A stretch of 64,000 nucleotides of DNA. It comes from an uncultured Methanosarcinaceae archaeon. GTDB taxonomy: Archaea > Halobacteriota > Methanosarcinia > Methanosarcinales > Methanosarcinaceae. The number at the start of each line of letters is the position of its first letter. The first letter of the stretch is position 1. Location: NCBI GenBank assembly GCA_963847185.1, contig CAWJYV010000008.1, forward strand, positions 1,088,001 to 1,152,000. Reading direction: 5' to 3'. Positions 45,102-56,280 of this stretch are shown piece after piece. Made by a program: the position numbers and the translations under genes. A model generated the notes under the pieces. That model was given only the letters and a program-made list of their open reading frames with translations, was not told where the DNA came from and ran no database searches.

Positions 45102-45929
45102 TTGGCGATAAAAAAAATAGGAATCTGCTCACGTTGTGATAGGCCTGAAGTAATTGAAATGGTCAGGCGAATTCTTTCCCATTTCAGCTCGCAGGTGCAG
45201 ATCTTTGTCTCCACTTCCACAGCTGATGTACTCGGAATCGAAGGTGTTCCAGTTGAGAGTATGAGGGAGAAGGGAGTAGAACTTATTGTCAGTGTGGGAG
45301 GCGATGGTACAGTCCTCAGGAATGTTGCCAAAATGAAAGATCCTCTCCCTGTACTCGGGATTAATATGGGGACTCTAGGTTTTCTCGTAGATGTGGAGCC
45401 CAGGGATGCTATTGAGACCATAGAGGAGGTCCTTTATGGTTTTTCGTATCTTGAAAGGATGAGGGTAGATGTCTTCCTTAACGGAGAAATGATTGAGACC
45501 GCTACCAATGAAATTGCAGTAATGTCTGCAAAACCCGCGAAGATTATTCAATTTCAAGTCCATGTGAATGATTGCCTTCTTGACGACATGCGTGCCGATG
45601 GCGTAGTTTTTGCAACTCCTACAGGTTCGACTGCCTATGCTATGAGCGCAGGTGGTCCTATAGTAAGTCCCAGGGTAAATGCAATAGTAGTTGTTCCCAT
45701 TGCACCTTTTAAACTCTCTTCAAGACCATGGGTCATCCCGTCTGATAGTGAAATCACAATAAGACTGTCGTCCCCAAAAAAAGAGGCAGTTGTTGCAATT
45801 GACGGGCAGAAATCTTACAGGATCAAGCCTGAAGATATTGTCAAACTTAAAAAGTCCAAATATCCTGCTCGTTTTGTAAAGGTTTCAGATACCTGTTTTT
45901 ATGAAAAAGTTCAGAGGAAGCTTTCATGA
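45102..45929 (+). CDS. ppnK: NAD(+) kinase
   Basis: GGDGT, GINMGTLGFL, NE and ATPTGSTAYAMSAGGP motifs. Confidence 0.95.
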   Translation: MAIKKIGICSRCDRPEVIEMVRRILSHFSSQVQIFVSTSTADVLGIEGVPVESMREKGVELIVSVGGDGTVLRNVAKMKDPLPVLGINMGTLGFLVDVEPRDAIETIEEVLYGFSYLERMRVDVFLNGEMIETATNEIAVMSAKPAKIIQFQVHVNDCLLDDMRADGVVFATPTGSTAYAMSAGGPIVSPRVNAIVVVPIAPFKLSSRPWVIPSDSEITIRLSSPKKEAVVAIDGQKSYRIKPEDIVKLKKSKYPARFVKVSDTCFYEKVQRKLS

Positions 45930-46312
45930 GAAAGTTCATATGTTCAGATTTTGGATCTTTTCACTAGGTTTAGTCTAAGTAACATTTTCTCTTAGTCTAA
46001 ACAAGTTTTCTTAACAATTTTTCTGGTTATTTCCAATCTTGAACTCAACATATCCAGAAGCTATGCCGGAATTGAGTTTATAATAATGCCGCTGCCGGAA
46101 GCTCTTTTCCTCCAAGGAAAACATTTATACACGTGTAGGTAAAGCTATGCTTAATTTTTACAGGACACAATATTTTTGGACTTTTAAAATTTTTAAATCA
46201 TGGTATTTTTTATCAAGCCTTAGGGTAATTCTTAGGCCGTTCATCAATTATATGTCATTAAAAATAATCAAAAATATCTTTCAATCATTAAAAAATCGAG
46301 GACGTAGCAAAA

Positions 46313-47530
46313 ATGTCAGAGAGCGAGCAGTATTCCAGAAATACACTGATGGACTTTATCGAATATCGCCCCCTTGATATCGAAATTTGTGATGTAACCC
46401 TTCGAGATGGAGAACAGACTCCGGGAGTTGCGTTTTCAAAAGAACATAAGCTGGCGATGGCTAGCGAGCTTAATTCCATGGGTATTGAGGTTATAGAAGC
46501 CGGATTTCCGGTAGTCTCCGCATATGAAAAGGAAATTGTAAAGGAAATAGCAAACCAGGGCTTTGATTCACGAATATGCTGCCTCTCAAGAGCCGTAAAG
46601 GGGGATGTGGATGCTGCCCTTGATTGTGATGTCGATATTGTAAGCATTTTCATTGCAATGTCTGACATGCACCTCAAGTACAAGTATCACAGGAGCCTTG
46701 AGGAAATGCTCGGCTGTGCCAAAGACGCCATCGAGTACGCAACTGATCACGGGTTAAAAGTGCGTTTTGCAGCTGAGGATGCAAGCCGGACTCCTGTTGA
46801 CCGCCTCAAGCAGGCTTTCAAGGAAGTTGAAAGCGAATATAAAGTGCAGTATGTGAGCCTTGCAGATACTATAGGCATCCTTAATCCGACTACAACTCAT
46901 TACCTTGTAAGCGAGATTTACAAGTCAGTCAACACTTCCATCTGTATCCACTGCCACGATGATCTCGGAATGGCTACAGCAAATACCCTTGCAGCTGCCG
47001 AAGCCGGAGCAAAGCAGCTCCATACGACAGTTAATGCTATAGGAGAAAGAGCAGGAAATGCTTCTCTTGAAGAAGTCATAGTAGCCCTCAGGATACAGTA
47101 TGGAATCGACCGTTATGACACAACAAAATTAACTGCCCTTTCCAGAATGGTTTCGGAATACTCTGGCATCACACCCTCAGTAAACAAAGCTGTTGTCGGC
47201 CAGAATGCCTTTACCCACGAATCCGGAATCCATGTCGCTGCAATCCTGGAAGAGCCGCGTACCTACGAACTTTTCCTTCCTGAGATGGTTGGAGGAAAGC
47301 GCAACCTCGTCGTCGGAAAGCATACCGGTACAAAAGCCTTAAAAGGCATTATTAACAGCATCGGTTTCTGCCTTGAACGGGAAGAACTCTGTGCCCTGAT
47401 TGATAAGGTCAAGGTTTGTACCGAAGAAAGACATAAGAGCATTTCTCGCGAGCAGCTTGAAAAAATGATCAGTCAGGTTAGGCATGAAAAGAAGGCTTCA
47501 GAAAAGGAAGACGAAAGGTTTTCTATCTAA
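46313..47530 (+). CDS. aksA: Homocitrate synthase family protein (AksA-like, coenzyme B pathway)
   Basis: DVTLRDGEQTPG, HCHDDLG, GERAGN and HESGIH motifs with no LeuA regulatory domain. The exact paralog is uncertain. Confidence 0.75.
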   Translation: MSESEQYSRNTLMDFIEYRPLDIEICDVTLRDGEQTPGVAFSKEHKLAMASELNSMGIEVIEAGFPVVSAYEKEIVKEIANQGFDSRICCLSRAVKGDVDAALDCDVDIVSIFIAMSDMHLKYKYHRSLEEMLGCAKDAIEYATDHGLKVRFAAEDASRTPVDRLKQAFKEVESEYKVQYVSLADTIGILNPTTTHYLVSEIYKSVNTSICIHCHDDLGMATANTLAAAEAGAKQLHTTVNAIGERAGNASLEEVIVALRIQYGIDRYDTTKLTALSRMVSEYSGITPSVNKAVVGQNAFTHESGIHVAAILEEPRTYELFLPEMVGGKRNLVVGKHTGTKALKGIINSIGFCLEREELCALIDKVKVCTEERHKSISREQLEKMISQVRHEKKASEKEDERFSI

Positions 47531-47639
47531 AAACCTTTCTCTTTTATTTACTTTTCCTTTTTAACTTACTTTAAACTCCTTTTATTTCATCTTAAATTCC
47601 TTTATTACTTTTTTTACTTCCTCATCCATCCAGTAAAAA

Positions 47640-50192
47640 TTAAGAAGAGTATGTGGAGGTCCACTCCGGCTTTTCCGGGGGATTTGCCTCCAGCATTTCT
47701 CTCCATTTTTCATCTGTCAGGCGGGCCTCCATAGGCTGCTTGAACTCGTAGTGGCTCATAACCGGCCCGGCTCCGAGAAGGATTCTGCCGTCAGGAAGTT
47801 TATATGCAACTACAAGCATGTCCACGTATCCAACACCTTCTTCAAGTACGGCTCTAGTATTTCCGTCAGTGTGGACATCAGCTACGATTGTGGTTTTTCT
47901 GGCTTTTTCTTCAACGTCTGCTATGGTGCCTTCAAGCTGGCCTCCGAAGTTTTTGATAAATTCGTAATCTTCTGCTGTCAGTTCTTCGTTTTCGAGTTCT
48001 TTTACTGAGATTGCCTGAAGCCTTGAGATGATGCCTTCAAGGTTTGTTAGCCTTGATTTTGAGTTTTGGTCAAATACACCCATCTCATCAAGGCCCTGGT
48101 TTGTCATATTCGTCAAGGCAAGCAGCCTGGCGTAAAAATCAGGGACAGGTTCTACGTATCCTACAAAAGGTTTTTCTTCTAATTGCATCGGTCCTGCGCT
48201 ACCAACCATAGTGTAGCTTTGTTTGGCATAGAGAATTGTATCGTGCCTGAGTTCTGTCCAGGAAGCAAGGGCTGTGTTCAGTTCCTTATCATGCCAGGCG
48301 TCAGTCTGCATAAAGGTGGGATAACCTTCCCCATAATCTTTCAGAAGAGGTTGAAGTGAATAAAGCCATGACCAGTAGAGGTTTCTGTTCCAATCGGCTG
48401 CGCTGATATTAGAAAATTCCGAATTCATCTTTCCATATTGAACACTATAATTTTCGTAATTGGAATCGTTAAGCTCGTTGAGCCAGTAAACAGACCTGTT
48501 TGAACCCAGTAGAGCCATCGCGTCAAGCCCGCGAGGGAAGCCGCGAATAGGCCGTCCTGCTCCTGATATAACAAATGTAAACGGAGTTTCATTTCCTTCT
48601 GGATATTCTCCCTTATATACTCCTGTATAGGGCTCGACAAGATTTGAAAATAGGTACGAATCTGGAATGAAACGCTGTCCCATGAAGCGGAAACCAGTTG
48701 TATTTTTGAGACATTCGTCAGCCTGCTCCGGAGTAAAAGGTGGTTCAAGGACACAGTTTCCGGTCCCTCCGTAGATCTTCGGGCCTTCGTACTCGGCAAG
48801 TTTAGTTTTGAGTTCGTTAACTGTTGTTTCGTTGAATTTCCTTTCTCCACTGCCAAAGACTGAATCCAGAGCCTCCATATATTCATAAGGTCCAAGGTCG
48901 TCGGAAAAACCTACGTAAAAAGCTGTAACCTCATATATTCTGTCCCAATTTTTAAGAAGTTCGGGCTCTTTTTGGAATTCAGAAGCAATCAAACTGGCCT
49001 GGATAGTCTGGATTCTGGCGTCTTTTGCAGGGTTTTCGGATTTGATCAGTTTATCTTTGAGGAGCATGCTTATTCTGCCATGCCACATAAAAGCTCTGAA
49101 ATAGTTTTGCAGTTTCTCAGATCGAGTATAGTGTCCTCTGGGCACATATTGAGAATAATCTTCTTCATACTTGAAAACAGGAGAAATTTCAAATCCTTCA
49201 TGAGCGTCTATCAGGGCAAGTTCGGCTTCAACTTCATCTTTTACAAACGCAGGGACTTCAAATTGATATTGTTTCCCAGAAACTTCAGAGAAAAGGGACT
49301 CGTCAACAAAGCCGTATGGATCTTCTGGTCCCTGAATCTGCTCAGGTTTCGGCTGGAGAAGGTTTAAAGCAATCGCGAAATAGGCTGTATTTCTTCTTGC
49401 AGCTTCCTGTTCTTCTCCTGAAGCATCGTTGTACTTCTCGATAGAAGAGTTTAGCAGGGCGAAATCGGTTTCCCATAGGGTATCGTAAAACTCCTTCTCT
49501 TCTACTTGCCGAAGGGTTTCATCAAACTGGATATGGTATAGATGCAACAGGGAATCCGTGGTAATAAAAACAGGTATTTCCTCTCCCTTGAGGGTTGAGT
49601 ACATTGAAGTTATATCTTCTTCTCCAGGGTTATAAGGGTTTTTTATCACCACAAAACCATTGGTTTCCAGCATCTTTAGATCGGACTCTTTCAGAGAAAT
49701 TTTACTGGAAAAGTTTCCATAGTTTGAGACTCTTTCTTTGTTAAGAGGTAACTCATAAGAAGGCACTTTCAACTCAACATCGAGAGCTTCAAGCCTGTAA
49801 CTTCCTGCAAGAGATGAATTTTCTGCCCTTAAATCGGAAAGGTTTATCTCTTCGGTTTCCAGATGACCTGTTGAGTAACTTCTAGAATTGTCTACTTCAT
49901 TTTTGTGACCTCTAGAAAAGCTTATTTTATTGCTTTCTTCTTTCTTACCTATTGAATAATTTCTATTATTGTCTATCTCTCCTTTCTGGCCTATAGATAA
50001 ATTTCTGTTATTGTTTTCTTCTTCTTTCTGATCAATAGATAAGTTTCTGTTATTGTCTATTTGTTCTTTCCCGTCCGTTCCGTTCTCTCCACTTAACCCG
50101 GAACTTTGCTCCATACATCCTCCTGTAAACAGGCAGGCTAAAAGGATTAGAAAAACTAAGTAAGTTGCAACTAGCTTGGTTACGTATTTCAT
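47640..50192 (-). CDS. DUF3160-like lipoprotein
   Basis: Lipobox-like TGGC, FITTDSLLHLYH, DYSQYVPRGHYT, FRFMGQRF.PDS, LASWTELRHDTILYAKQ and VADVHT motifs. Confidence 0.85.
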   Translation of the reverse strand: MKYVTKLVATYLVFLILLACLFTGGCMEQSSGLSGENGTDGKEQIDNNRNLSIDQKEEENNNRNLSIGQKGEIDNNRNYSIGKKEESNKISFSRGHKNEVDNSRSYSTGHLETEEINLSDLRAENSSLAGSYRLEALDVELKVPSYELPLNKERVSNYGNFSSKISLKESDLKMLETNGFVVIKNPYNPGEEDITSMYSTLKGEEIPVFITTDSLLHLYHIQFDETLRQVEEKEFYDTLWETDFALLNSSIEKYNDASGEEQEAARRNTAYFAIALNLLQPKPEQIQGPEDPYGFVDESLFSEVSGKQYQFEVPAFVKDEVEAELALIDAHEGFEISPVFKYEEDYSQYVPRGHYTRSEKLQNYFRAFMWHGRISMLLKDKLIKSENPAKDARIQTIQASLIASEFQKEPELLKNWDRIYEVTAFYVGFSDDLGPYEYMEALDSVFGSGERKFNETTVNELKTKLAEYEGPKIYGGTGNCVLEPPFTPEQADECLKNTTGFRFMGQRFIPDSYLFSNLVEPYTGVYKGEYPEGNETPFTFVISGAGRPIRGFPRGLDAMALLGSNRSVYWLNELNDSNYENYSVQYGKMNSEFSNISAADWNRNLYWSWLYSLQPLLKDYGEGYPTFMQTDAWHDKELNTALASWTELRHDTILYAKQSYTMVGSAGPMQLEEKPFVGYVEPVPDFYARLLALTNMTNQGLDEMGVFDQNSKSRLTNLEGIISRLQAISVKELENEELTAEDYEFIKNFGGQLEGTIADVEEKARKTTIVADVHTDGNTRAVLEEGVGYVDMLVVAYKLPDGRILLGAGPVMSHYEFKQPMEARLTDEKWREMLEANPPEKPEWTSTYSS

Positions 50193-50577
50193 TATTTCAT
50201 CTCGGCCGCTTTGGATAAGTATTTGATTTGAGCTTTATCGCCCAGAAAGAGGGGTTTTGCCTTCTCAGCCTGTAGGTTCAAATTATCCTGTTTTGCAACC
50301 GAAGACCTGTATGGGGGGTTGATTTTTTAAAAATTAAGTTTCTTTATATGTTTATCTTATCGAGTATTTCAACCTATCTGTAATCAGGTTAGGTGGTCTA
50401 TTTATAAATATAATAAACATTGAAAGAAAAAACAGAAAATAATTTAAAATAACTTAAAAAATATATATTGATACTTATTAAATCATTCTGCAAATTGTCA
50501 TATGTGTAAAAAGTTTTAATTTATAATCTAATTAAGTTTTCTATATTAAGTAGAAGAAAAGAAAACTTTTCTCCGTA

Positions 50578-50742
50578 TTAATCTTTAGGGCTTAAAGGAT
50601 CTATTCTGAAAAGCAAAATCATGAACAGTACAGTTACAGTGCCTGTACCCCATAGAAGTGGGTCTCTCGTAATGTTCAGAATCGTACCTGTGATCATTAA
50701 CAAGATACCAAATAATAATAAAATTTGAATCTTTTTATTCAC
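50578..50742 (-). CDS. Small two-helix membrane protein (54 aa), not in ORF track
   Basis: GGGGGA SD and GTG start: MNKKIQILLLFGILLMITGTILNITRDPLLWGTGTVTVLFMILLFRIDPLSPKD*. Confidence 0.55.
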   Translation of the reverse strand: MNKKIQILLLFGILLMITGTILNITRDPLLWGTGTVTVLFMILLFRIDPLSPKD

Positions 50743-51200
50743 TGTCTTCCCCCATCAATTCCCTTTTTGAATCATTAAGTTCTCAAATAGTAGTGAGGCG
50801 CTGAGAACTCAACTTCCCATAACTTTAATTGTTTCATTCAGTTATCTATCTTTTTCACAAACCATATATTCTTTTATATAACTTCAATAAGGATTGAAGT
50901 CATATATTTAAAAAGATATGCATGTCGGCTAAAAAAATAGGGGAAGTTTGGAATTTTAGACTTAGATTATAACAAACTATTTAAATATCCTATAAATTGG
51001 ACAAGTTATCAAAAATAAAAAAAACAGTTAAAAATTTAAGCTAATATTCAAATAAAAAATTGTATTGGGTATTAAAAAGTTACTATAGGATAATTCATGT
51101 GATTACTGATTCATGTAATTATTAGCACATTCCCTTGTGAAACACCGACTTTTTATCCAGGCAGATTATTATGTTTGATTCTAAATAGCAAGTGATTGGA

Positions 51201-51656
51201 ATGGAACTCATCGAAATAACCAAAGAAGGCAAGTCTACGAGGCCTATTGCTGATCTTACAGACACGATTAAAGAGATAATGAGCTTAACCGCAGATCTGT
51301 ATGCAAAGGCAGGATATGTGCCCGCCTTGGATCGGCTACCTTGCTTTTGAAGAAAACCAATGTGTGGGCACACGTGCGCATTCAAGGTCCCTCCGGAAGA
51401 TAATTGTGTGGAAATTGCGTATTTCACTTTTCCTGAATACAAAGGGAAGGGTGTAGCTACACGCATGGCCCAAATATTGTTGAAGATAGCATTTGTCACA
51501 ATTCCAGATATTAAAATTGTCGCGCAGACCCTTCCTGAAAAAAACGCATCAACTACAGTTCTCAAGAAACTTGGTTTTCAGTTTACTGGTGAACGAGAAC
51601 ATCCTGAAGATGGAAAAATCTGGGAGTGGGAGCTAAGAAATCCTGAAAGCAAATAA
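51201..51656 (+). pseudogene. GNAT (RimJ/RimL-like) acetyltransferase, disrupted
   Basis: The repaired sequence reads YVPPWIGYLAFEENQCVGTCAFK...EIAYFTFPEYKGKGVAT...NASTTVLKKLGF. It has an extra C at ~51322, an extra AC at ~51371 and an intervening TGA. Confidence 0.75.
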
Positions 51657-51750
51657 ATAAATAGGCAATGGAATTTGTAAATCAGCCAGCTTCTTAAGCA
51701 ACAAAACATCTAAAACAAGTCTTTCTTAAGCAGTAAAATCTCCAAACCAA

Positions 51751-52539
51751 TCAGATCTCTTTTATTTCTCTGGACAGGCCTTTGTAATATGTATAGAGAT
51801 CTGCTCCCCAGCAGAGAGCTGCAGGTTCGAAACATATGACATCGTTAACATGGTCGTAAATGCCGTTATTGTAGAAGAGGCCAAGAGACAGGAAGCAGTT
51901 TGTTACTGCGATTGAGAGAAATATTTCTTTGTCATAAACGTAGGCGTGGGTATTATCCAGGGCCAAAAACTGTTCAAACTCATCCCTGAATTCCGTTCTC
52001 ATTCTGTCAAATACAGGTTCTGTCACAATAAGTGATACATTTATGCCTCTCTTTGCAAAACTAAGAAACATTTCAGGATACAGAGGATGAATAAAAGGAG
52101 AGATGCCGTTTACAAATTCCGATTTTGCAATATTTTCCACAAATTCCATGTGGGAAGAGAACATACTGCTTTCATCAAGTGGGCTGGCAAAAGTACTGCA
52201 TTTCAGGTCACTAATTCTTTTTAAGAGATGAGGGGGTATGCTGTCAAGCTTGTGATTGTTCCAGAATTCATATTTGCTCTCAAGAGATTCTACAGTATCG
52301 ACCACGGGCTTCATTTTGTCAGCTACTGCTTTTCCTAATGTGGTTAGAAAATACTTATCCCCTTCTCTATACAGAAGATGCCCTTCTTTAAGTAGTTTTA
52401 TCTGCGGATAAACAGAAGCCGGGCCTGCGTTCAAAACATCCATCATATCCTGTATGCCCTTTGGGCCTTCCCTCAATAAAAGAAGGATCTGTTTCCTTTT
52501 TTCGGAAGAGAAAATCAGGTCAAGATAAGATAATTCCAT
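51751..52539 (-). CDS. Winged-helix (ArsR-like) transcription regulator with methanogen DUF1724/FilR1-type C-terminal domain
   Basis: IFSSEKRKQILLLLREGPK...PQIKLL...YFLTTLG, FWNNHKLDSIPPHLL.RI and AL.WG..LY motifs. Confidence 0.85.
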   Translation of the reverse strand: MELSYLDLIFSSEKRKQILLLLREGPKGIQDMMDVLNAGPASVYPQIKLLKEGHLLYREGDKYFLTTLGKAVADKMKPVVDTVESLESKYEFWNNHKLDSIPPHLLKRISDLKCSTFASPLDESSMFSSHMEFVENIAKSEFVNGISPFIHPLYPEMFLSFAKRGINVSLIVTEPVFDRMRTEFRDEFEQFLALDNTHAYVYDKEIFLSIAVTNCFLSLGLFYNNGIYDHVNDVICFEPAALCWGADLYTYYKGLSREIKEI

Positions 52540-52778
52540 TCTGTCTCCACTTTTATATTGATAATTATTCCTTTTTAAGATGTACTCTCGATTTTGTGCA
52601 GGTATCCTAAGCTATATCTACAGATATAGTTTATCCAAACAATTCAATCTTTCAGGCTCGAAGTATTATGTAACTTTATCGAAATAAGAAATCAATACAT
52701 ATAAGAGGATACAGGAGAAACCTGTCAGATTGAAATGTAGAAATAGAAAGGGAACAAAAATGAAGTTGGTGGGAATTC

Positions 52779-55317
52779 TTGAGTGAGCAGCCAGCAACAC
52801 ATGAGAGGACTTACAGTCAGATTTCAGATGAAAGGATAAAGGCTGCACGGCAGCTAGGGACTTATTTTGAGGTTTATCCTGACAGGAGACAGGCTTTTGA
52901 AGACCTTTTACGGCTTTGTTCTGACAGGGACAGTGTAGTAAGGGAAGAGGCTGTAAATTCCCTTGCAACAGTTTTTCCGAATGTGCCTGATAGAGAGGCG
53001 GTATGGAAGCAATTTATAAATCTTACGGCTTATCCGGAAGAAAGAGTCATAAGGGCCGCAGTAAGCTCTCTTATTAGTGTTTTTTCTCTGATGCCGGATA
53101 AGAAAAAGGCATGGGGGGATCTCGTTGAGCTGGCACATTCGAAGTCAAGCCTGGAAGATGTGAGCAGGGGAATTGTCAGTTCATTTTCGGATTTCATCAA
53201 GGAGATTCCGGATAAGCAGCATGTGTGGAAAGACCTGCTTGATATGACAGCATCAACTGACATTTATGTCAGGGAGGAAGCGGCTTCCCTCTTAAGTATT
53301 GTTTTTCCTGAGTTGTCAGATGAAAATAAAGAAGAAGCCTGGAATGAACTGCTGGAGCTAGCTGACTGAATCTACTACTGAATCTGATAATACAAAAGTA
53401 AGAGAACAGGCTGCAAGGACTCTTGGAGCAGTCTTTATGGATATGCCAGCTCAAAAGAAGGATGAGGCCCTGGATGGGCTGCTGGAACTTGCAGTTTCAG
53501 AAAGCCCTGAGGTTCAAAAAGAGATTCTTCTGGCTCTGCCCTATGTTTTTTCACATATTTCGGATAAAATAAGAGCATGGGATAATATTCTCAGGCTTAC
53601 TGGAAACGAAAAAGAATCCGTACGAAAGAAAGCTGCAGATGCCCTATTCTCAATGTTTCCTGATATGCCGGATAAGAGTAAAGTCTGGACTGGTTTCTTC
53701 TACCTGATCAGGGCAAAAGACGAGTATGTACGGGCTGTGGCAATAAATGGGCTTGTATCTCTGTTTCCTTCACTGGAAGACAAAGATTCCTTCTGGAAAG
53801 AGATTGTTGAACTTACAGATAATAACGAAGAATATGTCCAGAGAGCAGCCATTGGCACGCTGGGCAAGGTTTTTCCTTATCTTCCCAATAGAAAAGAGGC
53901 ATACACAGAACTCGCGAATTTTGCTGATAAAAACGATAATAACATGCTTAAGAAGTTACTAGTGACCCTTGAATCTGATAATCCGCAGTTTTCCGATAAG
54001 TACGAAAAGAATGAAGAGGAATCGAAAGAGACGGAAAAAGAAAGAGTTGGGAATGAGCAGGCCCGGGTAAGCAGAAAGCTAATTTCTGACTCCCTCGGAC
54101 CTGCAGATGACAGCAATTCTTACATCCAAAAAGATGAGGTAAAACCCTTTGTCTGGACACACTCCTATCCGCCGGAAAAAAACGAAGTAATAAAGGAACT
54201 CATTAATCTGAGTTCAAGCCAGGATTCACAGGGATTGAGGGATATAGAGTCCTTGCTTGCTCTTTATTCAAGACACTCGGGAAAAATGCAGGACATCTGG
54301 AATGAACTACTTAAGATAATAGAGGGTAAAGATACGGGTGCCAGAAGGAATGCCGCAGGGCTGCTCCCATATATCTTTCCAGGAGTTGAGGATAAATCCA
54401 GAGCCCTTCAAGATCTGCTCAGGCTAACTGAAAGTCAGGATTCTCAGCTCCGAAAAACTGCCGCTGAAATCTTTGCCACTGCTTTTGAATATTCTGAAAA
54501 TAAACAGAGAACATGGGACGAGTTTGTCAGGCTTGCTTCTTTTGAGGACAGGGAGGTAAGAAAAAGAGCTGTCCTTGCTCTGTCATTAGGCTTTGCAGAA
54601 GTTCCTGATAAAGAAAAAGCATGGAGGGACCTGCTCAAGCTTTCAGTTCATAGCGACAGTTTTGTACAGAGAGCTGCAACGAGGGCGCTTGGCCCTGCCT
54701 TTTATCAGGTTCCGGATAAAACTCAGGCATGGAGAGACCTTCAGGTGCTTACTGATAACCCGTACATCTATGTCCGGAGGTATGCTTTTCGCTCCCTTGC
54801 AAGAGCTTCTCTCTGGAGGGCTTTAAAGGCGGAAAACGAAGCTGCTTTTATCTTCGGGTTAAAAGAGGCTGTCAAATACTATGAAAAAGCAGCTGAAACT
54901 TTTGTTGACGTTAATATTCCTGAATTCTATCTACCCTTTTATGAAGCTCTTTTATTCATTCTCTTTGGTGACAGGCCCGGGAGATCAAGACTTGAAAGCG
55001 GAAGATATCTCACGAGAGTGACCGGTGGGCTCAGGGATCAAAAAGAAAACCAGTATGTTCTCGAAGCTCTCGAACAGTTTACAGACCTTTTAAGAAATGC
55101 AGAAAATTTAGCAACAAGTAGCCTGTCTGCCCGGAAAAAACTGCTTGAAACCTGCATTTTGACTTTTGATAGATATTCAAGCCTTTTTGAAAGCGTGGAA
55201 GAAAAAGAAATTCTTGCTCCTAAAACGGTGAAAAAAGAGCACCATGAACCTGGAAAAGCAATTCTGGAGAAAGTAGAGAAGAAGAAATTATTCCTGTTAA
55301 GAAACCGTAAAAAATAA
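52779..55317 (+). pseudogene. HEAT-repeat protein split by a frameshift (52779-53369 and 53437-55317)
   Basis: Both parts carry the ~38-aa repeat VR..AA..L...F...PDK..AW.DL..L. The second frame is open back to ~53365. Confidence 0.75.
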
Positions 55318-55321
55318 TGGC

Positions 55322-55435
55322 AAAAAACAGACCCTAAAAACCAGCTCATAAAAACAGATCGTGAAGAAACAGATCGTAAAGAAACAGCTCGTAAAGAAAC
55401 AGCTCGTGAAGAAACAGCTCGTAAAAAACAGACCC
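55322..55435. repeat. 15-bp tandem repeat array (AAGAAACAGCTCGTR)
   Basis: gtgaagaaacagatc gtaaagaaacagctc gtaaagaaacagctc gtgaagaaacagctc, with degenerate flanking units. Confidence 0.9.
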
Positions 55436-55809
55436 TATGAAAATAAACTGTAAGTAATATGCCATGAGAAAGTTAAGCCTGGGTTTTTTGTCCTGCACTT
55501 TAATATCTTATCCTGCCAATTCCCTGTTATGTACGAGGCAGGAATCGAATTAACAGATTCGGACTTTGAGTTTGCAAAACCTCCCGTAAAGAAACAGCTC
55601 GTAAAGAAACAGCTCGTGAAGAAACAGCTCGTGAAGAAACAGCTCGTAAAAAACAGACCCTATGAAAATAAACTGTAAGTAATATGCCATGAGAAAGTTA
55701 AGCCTGGGTTTTTTGTCCTGCACTTTAATATCTTATCCTGCCAATTCCCTGTTATGTACGAGGCAGGAATCGAATTAACAGATTCGGACTTTGAGTTTGC
55801 AAAACCTCC
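55375..55809. repeat. Near-perfect tandem duplication (210 bp + 225 bp)
   Basis: 55375-55584 is repeated at 55585-55809 with one extra 15-bp unit. It includes the upstream region and first ~19 codons of the next gene. Confidence 0.93.
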
Positions 55810-56068
55810 TTTTTCAAGAAAATTCATTCGCCTGGTATTCGAAAAATACCAGATTAATTTTATCGTTTACTTTGGCGAAAATATGTTCTATGTCTCAGGA
55901 CAAAATTCTGAGCCTCTTGTACCCTTATATCCAAAAACAACGTACCCTGAAGATATAGAACTTGTGCTGGATTTTATGGTGCGTGAGAGAATTCGCAGAA
56001 TTAAATTTGAGGACGGAAAACTTTTTCGATCCGCAGTTCCTGAACTGAACAACTCAGGTAGGGGTTAA
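55754..56068 (+). CDS. Hypothetical protein (104 aa)
   Basis: Clean ORF with typical composition, no family recognised. Confidence 0.7.
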   Translation: MYEAGIELTDSDFEFAKPPFSRKFIRLVFEKYQINFIVYFGENMFYVSGQNSEPLVPLYPKTTYPEDIELVLDFMVRERIRRIKFEDGKLFRSAVPELNNSGRG

Positions 56069-56280
56069 GGCAAGAGTTAACTAGCAGTCAGATAGTTTAC
56101 CTGAAACATGGATAGGGAGTAAGAAAAAATTGCTAAATTTGTCACTTAAGAAAGGGACATTTAAATCTGTCAAGAGAAAGCAAAAATTACTTTTTTTCTT
56201 TTGTTTTAGTTATTTATAGTTTCACCGCAATATTAATTTATTGAAATTTACTATTTATCGCTAACAAGAGGGGGTATCAA

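Noticed and set aside
53367-53369. TGA in the HEAT gene (and TGA in the GNAT gene) as recoded stop
   Set aside because: The HEAT continuation is in another frame and the GNAT homology is out of frame at the stop. No in-frame TAG suggesting pyrrolysine was noticed in any gene examined.
55322-55660. Repeat arrays (also 38194-38261 and 13274-13672) as possible CRISPR
   Set aside because: They are head-to-tail units without unique spacers, and no cas genes are present
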